Source: Planctomycetota bacterium (GTDB taxonomy: Bacteria; Planctomycetota; Brocadiia; Brocadiales; Bathyanammoxibiaceae). Taken from it: a stretch of DNA of 64,000 nucleotides. Made by a program: the position numbers and the translations under genes. Position 1 is the first letter of the stretch, and every line of letters begins with the position of its first letter. This document shows positions 1 through 8,510 of this stretch, in pieces. The notes beneath the pieces were generated by a model that saw only the letters and a program-made list of their open reading frames with translations, did no database searches and was not told the DNA's origin. Where the stretch lies: NCBI GenBank assembly GCA_016209685.1, contig JACQVQ010000013.1, positions 102,341 to 166,340 of the forward strand. The letters are read 5' to 3'.

Positions 1-156
1 TACAAGCTCAAAGGCTACAAAGGCACCGCCCACGTCCAGCAGGACTATTCCTGGTGGTATGGATGGGCGCCCATGATAGGGCAACTAGCCCTAATTCAGG
101 ACGAGGCCAATAAACTCAAGAGGCTACGCGCCCTTGAGGGAAAGGCCAAGAAGTAA
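1..156 (+). CDS. 3' end of an unidentified CDS (partial, enters from window edge)
   Basis: Frame 1 open from nt 1 to TAA at 154-156 (...DEANKLKRLRALEGKAKK*); no family recognised. Confidence 0.3.
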   Translation, partial: YKLKGYKGTAHVQQDYSWWYGWAPMIGQLALIQDEANKLKRLRALEGKAKK

Positions 157-608
157 ATTTTTTCCCCCGTGGGGCCGTGGGGATTCTATCCTGCGGCCCC
201 ACTAGAGTTAGCAACCCGTACATGCTAAAGGCAACCTGTGGACACCCGTGAACCTGGCTTGGAGAGTTCTATAGATATCCGACCTGTTGAGTTAGAAATA
301 GGCCAGGTGGGAAAGATGACCCTGGAGTTACCCCACCTAAAGCTCTTCCTGTCCGGCCTTAGATTAAGGCTGCTATTACTCCCCTCTCTCCCCATACCCC
401 AGAGCGAGATTAATCTTGAATCAGCCCCGTTAGAGGTAGAGCTAGGGGACGGCCATACAAAAGGAGTACTTCAGCCCCCCGGGCCATAAGTCTTCCATCG
501 GTTGCGGTGAACCAGCCCATCCATACCTCGGTCTAGCAAAGACCTGTTACATCACACATCTACTTGACTTACCTGCCATGAGAGGCTATCCTTTGGCCTT
601 ATTATCTC

Positions 609-638
609 GTAGGGGCAGGTTTCAAACCTACCCCCTAC
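609..638. repeat. REP-like palindrome GTAGGGGCAGG-TTTCAAA-CCTACCCCCTAC
   Basis: Imperfect palindrome with GTAG/CTAC ends; near-identical (27/30) to the copy inside leuS at 32356-32384. Confidence 0.8.
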
Positions 639-650
639 TACAACAAAAAC

Positions 651-1607
651 ATGCACAGTCTCATCCTGTCTGCTGACGTGGGCGGTACAAATATGCGTAC
701 TGCCCTCTTGAACGTGAAAGGGGAAGTCCTCAAGGGCCTAAAGAGGCCATCCATGGCTCATAAGGGGAGAGAGGCCCTTATCAAACGCCTGGTGCAGATG
801 TTTCAGGACACCCTCAGAGAGGGCGGGGCAGACATACGCAAGATAAGGGGAATCGGGGTAGGTTTTCCAGGTCCACTGGACACTGAGCGTGGCATAGTCT
901 TTAATCCCCCTAATCTAAAGGGATGGGAGGAGGTACATTTAAGGGACATCCTTGAGCAGGAGATGGGGAGGCCAGTGGTGCTGGAGAATGATGCTAATGC
1001 CGCCGCCCTTGGGGAGTACTGGAAGGGCGCAGGCAAGGGGACAAGGAGCCTGGTCTGCCTGACCCTGGGTACGGGGGTAGGAGGGGGAGTGGTACTGGAG
1101 GGGAGGGTGTGGCACGGGGCCAAAGGGATTGCCGGAGAGATAGGCCACATGACCCTGGTCAAGAATGGCCGCAGGTGTGGCTGTGGCAACAGGGGCTGTC
1201 TTGAGACCTACGGCTCTGCCAGTGGGATAATAACCACAATGAAAGGGCTGCTTGAAAGACACCACATCAAGCCAAAGGAGGCCATTACCCTGGAAAGGAT
1301 GGGCAAATGGGCCAGGGCAGGAGATAGCCTGACCCGGAGGGCTATCCGGGAGACAGGGGTTAACCTTGGGGTAGGTATTGCCAACGTAGCCAACCTCCTT
1401 AACCCGGAGATGATTGTCCTTAGTGGGGGGGTAACCAACCTTGGAGGATACCTCTTTGGTCCACTCCGGGAGGAGGTAAAGAAGAGAGCCCTCCCCAAGG
1501 CAGTGGAAGGGCTCAAGATAGTAAGGGCTGAACTAGGCGACAACGCCGGTGTCATAGGCGCCGCCAGGGCCTTGCTCCTTACGGTTGCACAAGGACGTAA
1601 TGGGTAA
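651..1607 (+). CDS. glk: ROK-family glucokinase
   Basis: 318-aa ORF; N-terminal sugar-kinase motif ADVGGTNMR and ROK zinc-cysteine motif CGCGNRGCLETYGS. Confidence 0.85.
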   Translation: MHSLILSADVGGTNMRTALLNVKGEVLKGLKRPSMAHKGREALIKRLVQMFQDTLREGGADIRKIRGIGVGFPGPLDTERGIVFNPPNLKGWEEVHLRDILEQEMGRPVVLENDANAAALGEYWKGAGKGTRSLVCLTLGTGVGGGVVLEGRVWHGAKGIAGEIGHMTLVKNGRRCGCGNRGCLETYGSASGIITTMKGLLERHHIKPKEAITLERMGKWARAGDSLTRRAIRETGVNLGVGIANVANLLNPEMIVLSGGVTNLGGYLFGPLREEVKKRALPKAVEGLKIVRAELGDNAGVIGAARALLLTVAQGRNG

Positions 1608-3081
1608 AGTTCCCACTCTTTACCAAAAGGAGCACTCCCTTGTCTGCCGGTCCTTTTGATGCTACGGCCTGGTACTCCTGGAGGTTGTGTACCCGTTCCC
1701 TGTTCACCTCTTTGATTAAGTTCCCTGCCTGGATTCCTGCCCGCTCTGCAGGGCTACCCGGCTCAACGTCCACAACCACCACGCCCATATCCCCTTCGTA
1801 GCCAAAGCGTTTGGCCAGTTCGGGGGTAAGGGTATCAAGGGTCATGCCGAAGTTCTTGGTGGTCTCCTGCTGCGGCGCCCCCCCCTTGGCAAGGAAGTCG
1901 GCAGGCTGTTCCCCAATGGTAACTGAGAGTTCTACCGGCTTACCGTCTCTCAGCACCTTTACCTTCGCCACCTTTCCCACAGGTGTCTGGGCAACCGTAT
2001 TCCGCAGGTGATTGACGTCCTTTATCTCTCTACCTTCAAATTCCACAACAACGTCACCCCTCTGCATGCCAGCCTTTTCGGCAGGGCTATTGGGTGTAAC
2101 GTCGCCGATCAGTGCCCCTTGGTCGGCAGCTAAATTAAAGGATTTGGCCAAATCTGGTGTTATATCCTGAATAGCCACCCCCAGCCACCCCCTTGTTACC
2201 TTACCTGTCTCCATCAGGCTCTTCATAACCGCCTTGGCCATGTTGATGGGTATGGCAAAGCCTATGCCCTGGTATCCACCGGTACGGGTGAAGATGGCTG
2301 TATTAATGCCAATCACCTCACCCCTGAGGTTTAACAGCGGGCCACCACTATTGCCAGGGTTGATGGCCGCATCGGTCTGGATGAAGTCCTCATACTCAGC
2401 AATTCTCATCTGGGAGCGGCCCGTGGCGCTTATAATGCCAGCCGTTACAGTCTGGTTAAGACCAAAGGGGTTACCTATGGCAATAGCCCAGTCCCCCGTC
2501 TTAATCTTATCCGAATCCCCCAGTGTGGCTACTGGCAGGTTCTCCGCCTCTATCTTTATAACGGCCACGTCTGTGGGCTGGTCTCTCCCGATGACCTTGG
2601 CCTTATACTCCTTCTTCTCCGTGGACAGGGTAACGTACAGCTCATCAGCCTCTTCCACCACATGGTTATTGGTGAGGATGAAGCCCTTAGGGTCAACTAT
2701 TACTCCCGAACCAGCACCCTCTTGACGGAACTCCTTGGGAAATTCCCTGGGCATCCTGGGTCGGGGGCCCCTATCAAACTCCTCTCCAAAGGGAAGGTCC
2801 CTCCCTCCAAAAGGAGGGTGAAATCTCTCAAACTCTTCCCCCTTCATTATCTTTACGGCCTTTACGTGTACCACCGAGGGTTTGACTTTCTCTGCCACCT
2901 CATTGAAGAGTCTTTCAAAGAGCTGTGCAGTCTCTTCCAATCTAGCATCCGCAGCGAGGCATTCAGACCCTGGTGGTAACACTGAAGGCGTCCGGGCGGG
3001 AAATTGGGTATTACTAAGAAGGCCCGTTAGCAAGACCACCATACTTACTGCCAGGCCCAGAGACCTAAAAATCCTCATCAT
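1579..3081 (-). CDS. htrA: HtrA/DegP-family periplasmic serine protease with two PDZ domains
   Basis: 500-aa ORF; signal peptide, trypsin-like motifs TNNHVV and GNSGGPLLN, two PDZ-like C-terminal segments. Confidence 0.9.
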   Translation of the reverse strand: MMRIFRSLGLAVSMVVLLTGLLSNTQFPARTPSVLPPGSECLAADARLEETAQLFERLFNEVAEKVKPSVVHVKAVKIMKGEEFERFHPPFGGRDLPFGEEFDRGPRPRMPREFPKEFRQEGAGSGVIVDPKGFILTNNHVVEEADELYVTLSTEKKEYKAKVIGRDQPTDVAVIKIEAENLPVATLGDSDKIKTGDWAIAIGNPFGLNQTVTAGIISATGRSQMRIAEYEDFIQTDAAINPGNSGGPLLNLRGEVIGINTAIFTRTGGYQGIGFAIPINMAKAVMKSLMETGKVTRGWLGVAIQDITPDLAKSFNLAADQGALIGDVTPNSPAEKAGMQRGDVVVEFEGREIKDVNHLRNTVAQTPVGKVAKVKVLRDGKPVELSVTIGEQPADFLAKGGAPQQETTKNFGMTLDTLTPELAKRFGYEGDMGVVVVDVEPGSPAERAGIQAGNLIKEVNRERVHNLQEYQAVASKGPADKGVLLLVKSGNFTHYVLVQP

Positions 3082-3110
3082 CGCATTCTCCTTCTATGTA
3101 CACTAAAGAT

Positions 3111-3148
3111 GTAGCGCGTGCTCCGCCTCAGGCGGATGTCGCACGATT
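3111..3148. repeat. GTAGCG-class REP-like hairpin with a CCGCC mini-hairpin nested in its loop
   Basis: GTAGCGCGTGC-[TCCGCCTCAGGCGGA]-TGTCGCACGATT; compare the 'empty' version GTAGCGTGCGAC-CTC-GTGTCGCACGATT at 28698-28726. Confidence 0.75.
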
Positions 3149-3446
3149 ATAAGGGTGTATTGTTCGCTCCGCCTTGGGCGGACGAACCTGTTCGCCATAG
3201 GCGAATCTGCCTCAGGCATGACCTAAGGTACGACAATCTACCCCTACTTTATACAATAAAGCATCAAGTAGTTTGTTGCTTCTACATAATATCAAATATT
3301 TTTTTAAAAGGGTAGGGCATTTTAGAATCTTTTGTATTTGCTATAGACATAGGTAATCCGCCTAAGGCGGATAAGGGGGGAAATCCCCCCTTACCACCCC
3401 CTAAAAAACAAGGGTTTAAAGGTTTAAGAGTTCAAGCGTTTAAGTT

Positions 3447-3515
3447 GTAGGGGCAGGGCCCGCCTAAAACATGGCGGGTTTTCAACTTGCCCCTGCCCAG
3501 TTGTAGGAACAGGGC
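3447..3515. repeat. GTTGAAAA-core composite repeat (inverted orientation)
   Basis: GTAGGGGCAGGGCCCGCCTAAAACATGGCGGGTTTTCAACTTGCCCCTGCCC; reverse complement matches the cores at 5841-5964, 6331-6454 and 26539-26591. Confidence 0.7.
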
Positions 3516-3535
3516 CGAAGAGGGGTCAGGGTCCA

Positions 3536-3639
3536 GGGGCTAGGGATTAGGGAAAGAATACAGTAGTCAGTCCGCCTCAGGTGGATAGGACGACCGTTCT
3601 TTATACTGACTTCTGAATTCTTAATTCTTGTCCCTAGCC
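3536..3639. repeat. ~105-bp dispersed repeat, copy 1 (with nested CCGCC hairpin)
   Basis: GGGAAAGAATACAGTAGTCAG...GACGACCGTTCTTTATACTGACTTCTGAATTCTTAATTCTTGTCCCTAGCC; homologous to 16882-16992. The right half also occurs at 40720-40775 (reverse). Confidence 0.8.
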
Positions 3640-3738
3640 TGTGCTTATGCCATAAGGAATCCCTCCACCACACAAACTAGTGGATTTGGCAGTTTTAAAA
3701 AGGAGAGAAAAGAGGTAAAATAATTCTCGTGCGTGGTA

Positions 3739-3864
3739 TTGAGACCTCTGCAAAAGTCATCGCACTACTTCGTGTCATTCTGAGCGAAGCGAAGAATCTG
3801 AGATTCTTCGGTCGCTTCGCTCCCTCAGAATGACAAATGCGCGGGATTCTTCAGAGTTCTCGTA
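3739..3864. mobile_element. MITE-like element A (TIR TTGAGACCTCTG..., internal GTCATTCTGAGCGAAGCGAAGAATC hairpin)
   Basis: Left end TTGAGACCTCTGCAAAAGTC, degenerate right end GATTCTTCAGAGTTCTCG, internal inverted repeat TCATTCTGAGCGAAGCGAAGAATC/GATTCTTCGGTCGCTTCGCTCCCTCAGAATGA. Confidence 0.65.
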
Positions 3865-4490
3865 TTACTAAATGTGAGGATAGAGGGTTGAGTATAAAAG
3901 GCATTATTTTTGATATGGACGGCACCATCACGGAATGTGACGTGGACTTTGAGGCCGTAAGGAGAGAGGCTAACATACCCAATGTGCCTATCCTTGAATA
4001 TATGGAGGGATTAGAAGAACAAAAGCGGAGAGGGGTACTGGCCGTCCTTGAAAAGCACGAGGCAAGGGCAGCCGGGACCTCCAGACTCAGGAAAGGTGTA
4101 GTGGAGATACTGGAGGACCTGAGGAAGAGAGGTATAAAGACTGCCCTCTTGACCCGCAACTCCCGCCGCTCTGCAGAGACCATCCTTAAGAGACACAATC
4201 TGAAGTTTGACGTGGTGGTGTCCAGGGACGATGCTCCCCCAAAACCCTCTCCCCAACCAGTACTCTTCATCAGTAAGAAACTGGGTCTAAAACCAGAGGA
4301 GCTATTAGTGGTAGGAAACTTCCACTTTGACGTCCAGGCAGGCAGGGCTGCAGGAGCCAAGACGGCCTTCCTCCTCAACAACACTCATCGCCCGCCTCAG
4401 GATGCTGATTACCACCTGCACCGCCTGGAGGAGTTACTGCAGATTGTTGAAAATCCACCATCTTTGGGACGGGTGGGGACTTCCGAGTGA
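3837..4490 (+). CDS. HAD-superfamily hydrolase/phosphatase
   Basis: 217-aa ORF; HAD motif I IIFDMDGTI, later LLTRNS and VGNFHFDVQAG. First ~10 codons overlap a MITE-like repeat, so TTG at 3888 (LSIKGIIFDMDG) may be the true start. Confidence 0.75.
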   Translation: MRGILQSSRITKCEDRGLSIKGIIFDMDGTITECDVDFEAVRREANIPNVPILEYMEGLEEQKRRGVLAVLEKHEARAAGTSRLRKGVVEILEDLRKRGIKTALLTRNSRRSAETILKRHNLKFDVVVSRDDAPPKPSPQPVLFISKKLGLKPEELLVVGNFHFDVQAGRAAGAKTAFLLNNTHRPPQDADYHLHRLEELLQIVENPPSLGRVGTSE

Positions 4491-5251
4491 ATAAAGTCCT
4501 ATTCAGTAGAAAGTCCGCCTTAAGCGGAGTGGACAGCAGAGAGGTCTTTCCCTCCCTACGGTCTACTGCTTACTATCTACTGCTTTTTGTGGTATGGACA
4601 GTCTTTGTATCCTCTTCACCCCTTAATGCCCAGTCCACCTCTGGCGGAAGGGACCTGGAGTCTGTACTGGACGAGATAGAGAGGGCTAACCAGAGCTTTG
4701 CAAGCATGGAGGCAGAGGTTATCTACACCAGGAGTATCTTCCTACTGGAAGAAGAAGAGGTTTCCAATGGAAAGGTATACTACCAGAAACCCAAGAAGCT
4801 CCGCATGGAATTTAAACCCCCCAGGGACGAGGTGAACGTTGCTGATGGGGAATGCCTCTGGGTCTATCATCCCCAGGTCAAGCAGGTAGAAAAGTACCGC
4901 CTGGCCAAGGGAGAGACCAAGGAACTGGACTTCTTCCAGTTCGGATACGAGGGTTCCGTAAGAAAGGCCAAAGAAAATTACGTTATAGAGCTGGTCTCTG
5001 GAAGTGGTGGAGACATGCCCTATGTCCTCAAACTCACCCCAAAGGGTATGGAGCCTCCCCCGCAGTATATGGAGATAAGACTATGGGTGGAGGAAGGGCT
5101 GTGGCTCCCAATCAGGATGGAACTATACGAGAGTGGGGGAGAGGTGATAAACCGCATTGAATTACGAGATATAAAGCTAAACCGGCCCCTCAAGGAGTCA
5201 CTCTTTCAGTTCACCCTCCCGGAAGGGGTGGAAGTGGTAGAGCCTCTTTAG
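4487..5251 (+). CDS. LolA-like outer-membrane lipoprotein carrier/sorting family protein
   Basis: 254-aa ORF overlapping upstream stop by 4 nt; signal-peptide-like YYLLLFVVWTVFVSSSPLNA; general LolA-like look (by eye). First ~30 codons are made of dispersed repeats, start uncertain. Confidence 0.5.
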   Translation: MNKVLFSRKSALSGVDSREVFPSLRSTAYYLLLFVVWTVFVSSSPLNAQSTSGGRDLESVLDEIERANQSFASMEAEVIYTRSIFLLEEEEVSNGKVYYQKPKKLRMEFKPPRDEVNVADGECLWVYHPQVKQVEKYRLAKGETKELDFFQFGYEGSVRKAKENYVIELVSGSGGDMPYVLKLTPKGMEPPPQYMEIRLWVEEGLWLPIRMELYESGGEVINRIELRDIKLNRPLKESLFQFTLPEGVEVVEPL

Positions 5252-5390
5252 AGATGCAGGATGCCCTGGGAAAGGGCTTGTAATCTCCTGCATATGAAAA
5301 TATAATTTTTGTAGACCGCTTCGGGCGGATGAACGTTCTTTTCCTAGTCAAAGCTATATACTCCATACCTTTGAGAAGGGAGCAAGAGAG

Positions 5391-5804
5391 ATGGACAAGA
5401 AAAAGGTCATAGAAATCCTCAACAAGGCCCTCACTGAAGAACTCGGCGCCCTTATTCAATACATGCAGCATCATTATCTTTATGAAGGGGCCAATTTCGT
5501 CTGTGTGAGCGAACTTATGAAGGAGTTCAGCATGACGGAGATGGACCATGCCTATAAACTGGGCGAGAGGATAGCAATGCTGGATGGGATTCCCACCACC
5601 AAACCAGGAGAGATAAAGGTCCCCAAGAAGAGCATAGATATGCTCAAGGCAAACCTGCAGGACGAACTGGCGGCCATTGAGAACTACAGGAAGTGGATTC
5701 AAGAAGTGGCAACCCTGGGAGACCCTGTGTCCCGTCTCATGCTTGAAAAGATTCTCGGGGATGAGGAAGAACATGCCCATGAGCTGGAGATGCTGCTAGC
5801 CTAG
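5391..5804 (+). CDS. bacterioferritin-like ferritin-fold di-iron protein
   Basis: 137-aa ORF; ExxH pairs (TEMDHAYK, DEEEHAHE) spaced as in a ferritin four-helix bundle. Confidence 0.75.
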   Translation: MDKKKVIEILNKALTEELGALIQYMQHHYLYEGANFVCVSELMKEFSMTEMDHAYKLGERIAMLDGIPTTKPGEIKVPKKSIDMLKANLQDELAAIENYRKWIQEVATLGDPVSRLMLEKILGDEEEHAHELEMLLA

Positions 5805-5829
5805 TAGGGGCAATCCGCCTAAGGCAGAC

Positions 5830-5964
5830 GGTTGCCCAAGACAATGGGGCAGGTGCAAGTTGAAAATCCTGAAAGTCCGCCTTTTGTTGGGGGGACGCCG
5901 TGTTCTGGGCGGGACCTGCCCTGAACCAGCACGGTTCAGGGCCTGCCCCTACAATGGACAAAGG
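5830..5964 (+). repeat. 135-bp direct repeat, copy 1
   Basis: Matches 6320-6454 with 2 mismatches (offset 490). ORF-track entries 5737..5961(-) and 6251..6496(-) share the resulting peptide SIVGAGPEPCWFRAGPAQNTAS. Confidence 0.95.
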
Positions 5965-5990
5965 AGGGGCAATTCATGAATTGCCCCTAC
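5964..5990. repeat. REP-like palindrome GAGGGGCAATTCATGAATTGCCCCTAC
   Basis: Near-perfect palindrome with a CTAC end, immediately after 135-bp repeat copy 1. Confidence 0.75.
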
Positions 5991-6267
5991 AGTCGCATCT
6001 GGGGTGGTTTAATGGCTACGAATTATGGGGTTGCAACGTAAAATGTAGCCCCCTCGCCTCGCCTTTTAGCCCCTAACAATAGTCTTGGATTGCTGGAGTG
6101 GGGTCTTGGCCTATTCTTAGACTATTTGTAAGTCCATTTATCACATAAACTTGGGACAATCTATCAAATACACACACGTTGTATTATAAAATAATTAACG
6201 TATAAATGGCAAACGGCACTATTTTTGATTAATCTGACTCCTTAGCAAGATTATGATGCCGCACTGC

Positions 6268-6305
6268 CCTCAGGCGGAAAGAAATAAAATGGGAAAGAAA
6301 CTACG
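6268..6305 (+). repeat. 38-bp exact copy of the rnfD-rnfG junction
   Basis: CCTCAGGCGGAAAGAAATAAAATGGGAAAGAAACTACG is identical to 21999-22036 (rnfD last codons, TAA, rnfG first 5 codons). Confidence 0.95.
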
Positions 6306-6319
6306 CTTACAACCCTTGC

Positions 6320-6454
6320 GGTTGCCCAAGACAATGGGGCGGGTGCAAGTTGAAAATCCTGAAAGTCCGCCTTTTGTTGGGAGGACGCCGTGTTCTGGGC
6401 GGGACCTGCCCTGAACCAGCACGGTTCAGGGCCTGCCCCTACAATGGACAAAGG
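6320..6454 (+). repeat. 135-bp direct repeat, copy 2 (provides 5' UTR and start codon of the rubrerythrin-like gene)
   Basis: See copy 1; the repeat ends ...CCCCTACAATGGACAAAGG, containing ATG 6444. Confidence 0.95.
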
Positions 6455-6950
6455 GATGGATAAAACCGGGGTAATCAAGATTATTGAAAATGCCATCGGG
6501 GAGGAGATAAAGGCCAGGGACTTCTACAAGTCCATAATGGCCCAACTCCCCGACAAGGGGGCCCAGTTGAAACTGGACGTGATGGCTAAGGCAGAGGACG
6601 AGCACAGGCGGATCCTCTCTGGTTTATACGCCAGGCTAGCAGGGAGAGAATACACCCCACCCATTGAGAAAAAAGAGGGCTACATAAGGATAGAGGTGCC
6701 CAGGCGGGACGCAAGGCTCGCCGACGTAGTAAAGATCATCTACGAGACCGAGGAAAGGGCCTATCAATTCTACAAGAACGCCGCAGACAAGGTAGAAGAC
6801 CCAGAGGAGAAAAAGACCTTCCTCAAACTGGCCCAGATGGAAAAAGGCCACGAGGAGCACTTCAAGGACGAATATCACACCCTTGTGGAGGACGCCTCCA
6901 TAAGATTTGCCGATGAGGAAATCCCCTGGATGATTGAGGCCATGGAGTAA
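6444..6950 (+). CDS. rubrerythrin/ferritin-like di-iron four-helix-bundle protein (no rubredoxin domain)
   Basis: ORF track gives 6390..6950 but the first 18 codons lie in a 135-bp repeat; ATG 6444 or 6456 more plausible. Two ExxH motifs (AEDEHRR, MEKGHEEH). Confidence 0.7.
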   Translation: MDKGMDKTGVIKIIENAIGEEIKARDFYKSIMAQLPDKGAQLKLDVMAKAEDEHRRILSGLYARLAGREYTPPIEKKEGYIRIEVPRRDARLADVVKIIYETEERAYQFYKNAADKVEDPEEKKTFLKLAQMEKGHEEHFKDEYHTLVEDASIRFADEEIPWMIEAME

Positions 6951-7039
6951 TAGGTCCATGATGATAGGAAGGGGCTGCATATCCTGCCCGATTGCACAGT
7001 CTCTCCCCCTTTGGGACATGAAGAAGACCAAGGATAGAA

Positions 7040-7906
7040 ATGATGAGATTATCAGCCAACTTTGCTGTACTCTTATTGGTATCTCTTACTCTCTTACTCT
7101 CTTACCACATCCCCACCTCTGCCGCGCCCCCATCCTTTGAACTTAAACTAGCAGATGTAGAGTCGCCCTTCGGCGGACTTAAGCTGGTGGATTCGCAGGA
7201 ACCTCCTGGTGTAAAGATTGTTGAAGTAGACCGTAAGGGCGAGGCCTCTAAGGTGCTTAAATCTGGCGATATTATTGTAGAGATAGAAGGGATGGCCATA
7301 AATTCACTGGGAGACCTTATGGAAGCCTTTAGTATGTTTCAGTATAAGGAGAACGTTTCTGCTTCAATAAAAAGGGGGGACAAGACCCTCAGTATTACAC
7401 TGGTGGCCAAAATAGAGGATAAGGCTTCAATAGCCCAAGCCTTTGTTAAAAAATATAAGATACGAGAGGTAGTAGGTCCAGAGATACTTTCTTCAGACAC
7501 TTCTGTGTTTGGGAGTGTGTTTGGGAGAAAGATGGGAAGGAAGGGAAAGGCTGTGGCAATCTGCCTGGAGGTTGTAAGGGCGACAGCCGAGAACGAGGGT
7601 CTTTTTCGCTGTCGCGCTTTTTTGTTAGACAGGCCAGTAATTGTCTCTGGCATTCCTGGCTTCACCTTCCAGGAAGGTGAGGTGGTCACCCTTGCCGCAC
7701 GCCTCATTGGCCAGACGGAGCTTCGCGAGACACACATAAACACCCTGGGAAAAGAGTTCAACACTGTACCAAATCTGGAATTCCTGGGCTACGAGCGAGG
7801 GGATATGACAAAAGAGATAGCCGAAGCCTTGAAGAAACAAAAAGGGTCATGGCTGGAGTTCTTGAAAAGGACGAAATCCCGTTTCTTTAATAAGGAAGGC
7901 AAATAA
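7040..7906 (+). CDS. secreted PDZ-domain protein, function unknown
   Basis: 288-aa ORF; signal peptide MMRLSANFAVLLLVSLTLLL; PDZ-like segment GDIIVEIEGMAINSLGDL. Confidence 0.5.
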   Translation: MMRLSANFAVLLLVSLTLLLSYHIPTSAAPPSFELKLADVESPFGGLKLVDSQEPPGVKIVEVDRKGEASKVLKSGDIIVEIEGMAINSLGDLMEAFSMFQYKENVSASIKRGDKTLSITLVAKIEDKASIAQAFVKKYKIREVVGPEILSSDTSVFGSVFGRKMGRKGKAVAICLEVVRATAENEGLFRCRAFLLDRPVIVSGIPGFTFQEGEVVTLAARLIGQTELRETHINTLGKEFNTVPNLEFLGYERGDMTKEIAEALKKQKGSWLEFLKRTKSRFFNKEGK

Positions 7907-7947
7907 GCCACCCTCCCCCATGGCGAATTTCAGATGTCAACATTCAA

Positions 7948-8313
7948 ATGCCAGAGACCCGTTTCGTAGTCCATGAACACCACGCCCGACACCTCCACTG
8001 GGACCTGCGTCTGGAGATGGATGGGGTGCTGAAGAGCTGGGCCGTACCCAAAGGCCCACCCACCGCGCCTGGCGTAAGACGCCTGGCCGTCCAGACCGAA
8101 GACCACCCACTTGACTATATTGACTTTGAGGGCGTAATCCCTGAAGGGCACTACGGGGCCGGTACGGTGAAGGTATGGGACACAGGCCCCTTTGAACTAC
8201 TGGGACAAGACAACATGGAGCTAAAATTCCACTTGCAAGGCAGGAGACTTAGAGGTACTTATTATCTGTTGCATTTTAAGGAAAAAAACTGGCTGTTCTT
8301 TAAGGGGAAGTAA
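7948..8313 (+). CDS. stand-alone LigD-type 3'-phosphoesterase (PE) domain protein
   Basis: 121-aa ORF; FVVHEHHARHLHWDLRLE...SWAVPKGP...EDHPLDYIDFEGVIPEGHYGAG matches the LigD PE-domain signature. Confidence 0.85.
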   Translation: MPETRFVVHEHHARHLHWDLRLEMDGVLKSWAVPKGPPTAPGVRRLAVQTEDHPLDYIDFEGVIPEGHYGAGTVKVWDTGPFELLGQDNMELKFHLQGRRLRGTYYLLHFKEKNWLFFKGK

Positions 8314-8324
8314 GGAGGATTATA

Positions 8325-8504
8325 TTGGAGAGTGTATTTACAGGCGTGTTTGAAAAGGTAGTAGATTGGTACATTGGGTATGTGGAAGAACTACCAGGCG
8401 CAAACACACAGGGCAAAACGCTTGAGGAGGTCCGTGAAAACCTTCGTGAAGCCGTAGAATTGATTTTGATGTCAAACTGGGAGTTGGCAGAGGAGGAGGC
8501 TTAA
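8325..8504 (+). CDS. HicB-like (UPF0150) antitoxin-fold small protein
   Basis: Not in ORF track (59 aa). SD TAAGGAGGA (8311-8319) + TTG 8325; ...YIGYVEELPGANTQGKTLEEVRENLREAVELIL resembles HicB N-terminal domain. No HicA seen nearby. Confidence 0.55.
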   Translation: MESVFTGVFEKVVDWYIGYVEELPGANTQGKTLEEVRENLREAVELILMSNWELAEEEA

Positions 8505-8510
8505 GATATC

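Noticed and set aside
238-489. 83-aa GTG-initiated ORF in the gap before glk
   Set aside because: No SD, no recognisable family, Leu/Pro-rich low-complexity translation. It lies in a region with hairpins and a REP-like element, so it is probably non-coding.
3118-3315. 65-aa ORF MLRLRRMSHDYKG... and similar short ORFs at 12054..12242 and 22664..22873
   Set aside because: Their N-termini are translations of CCGCC hairpins (RLRR peptides) or other repeats in intergenic DNA. They have no SD and no family.
5737-6496. Minus-strand ORFs 5737..5961 and 6251..6496 sharing the peptide SIVGAGPEPCWFRAGPAQNTAS
   Set aside because: Their similarity is simply the translation of the two copies of the 135-bp direct repeat. 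They overlap the ends of real plus-strand genes and have no start context.
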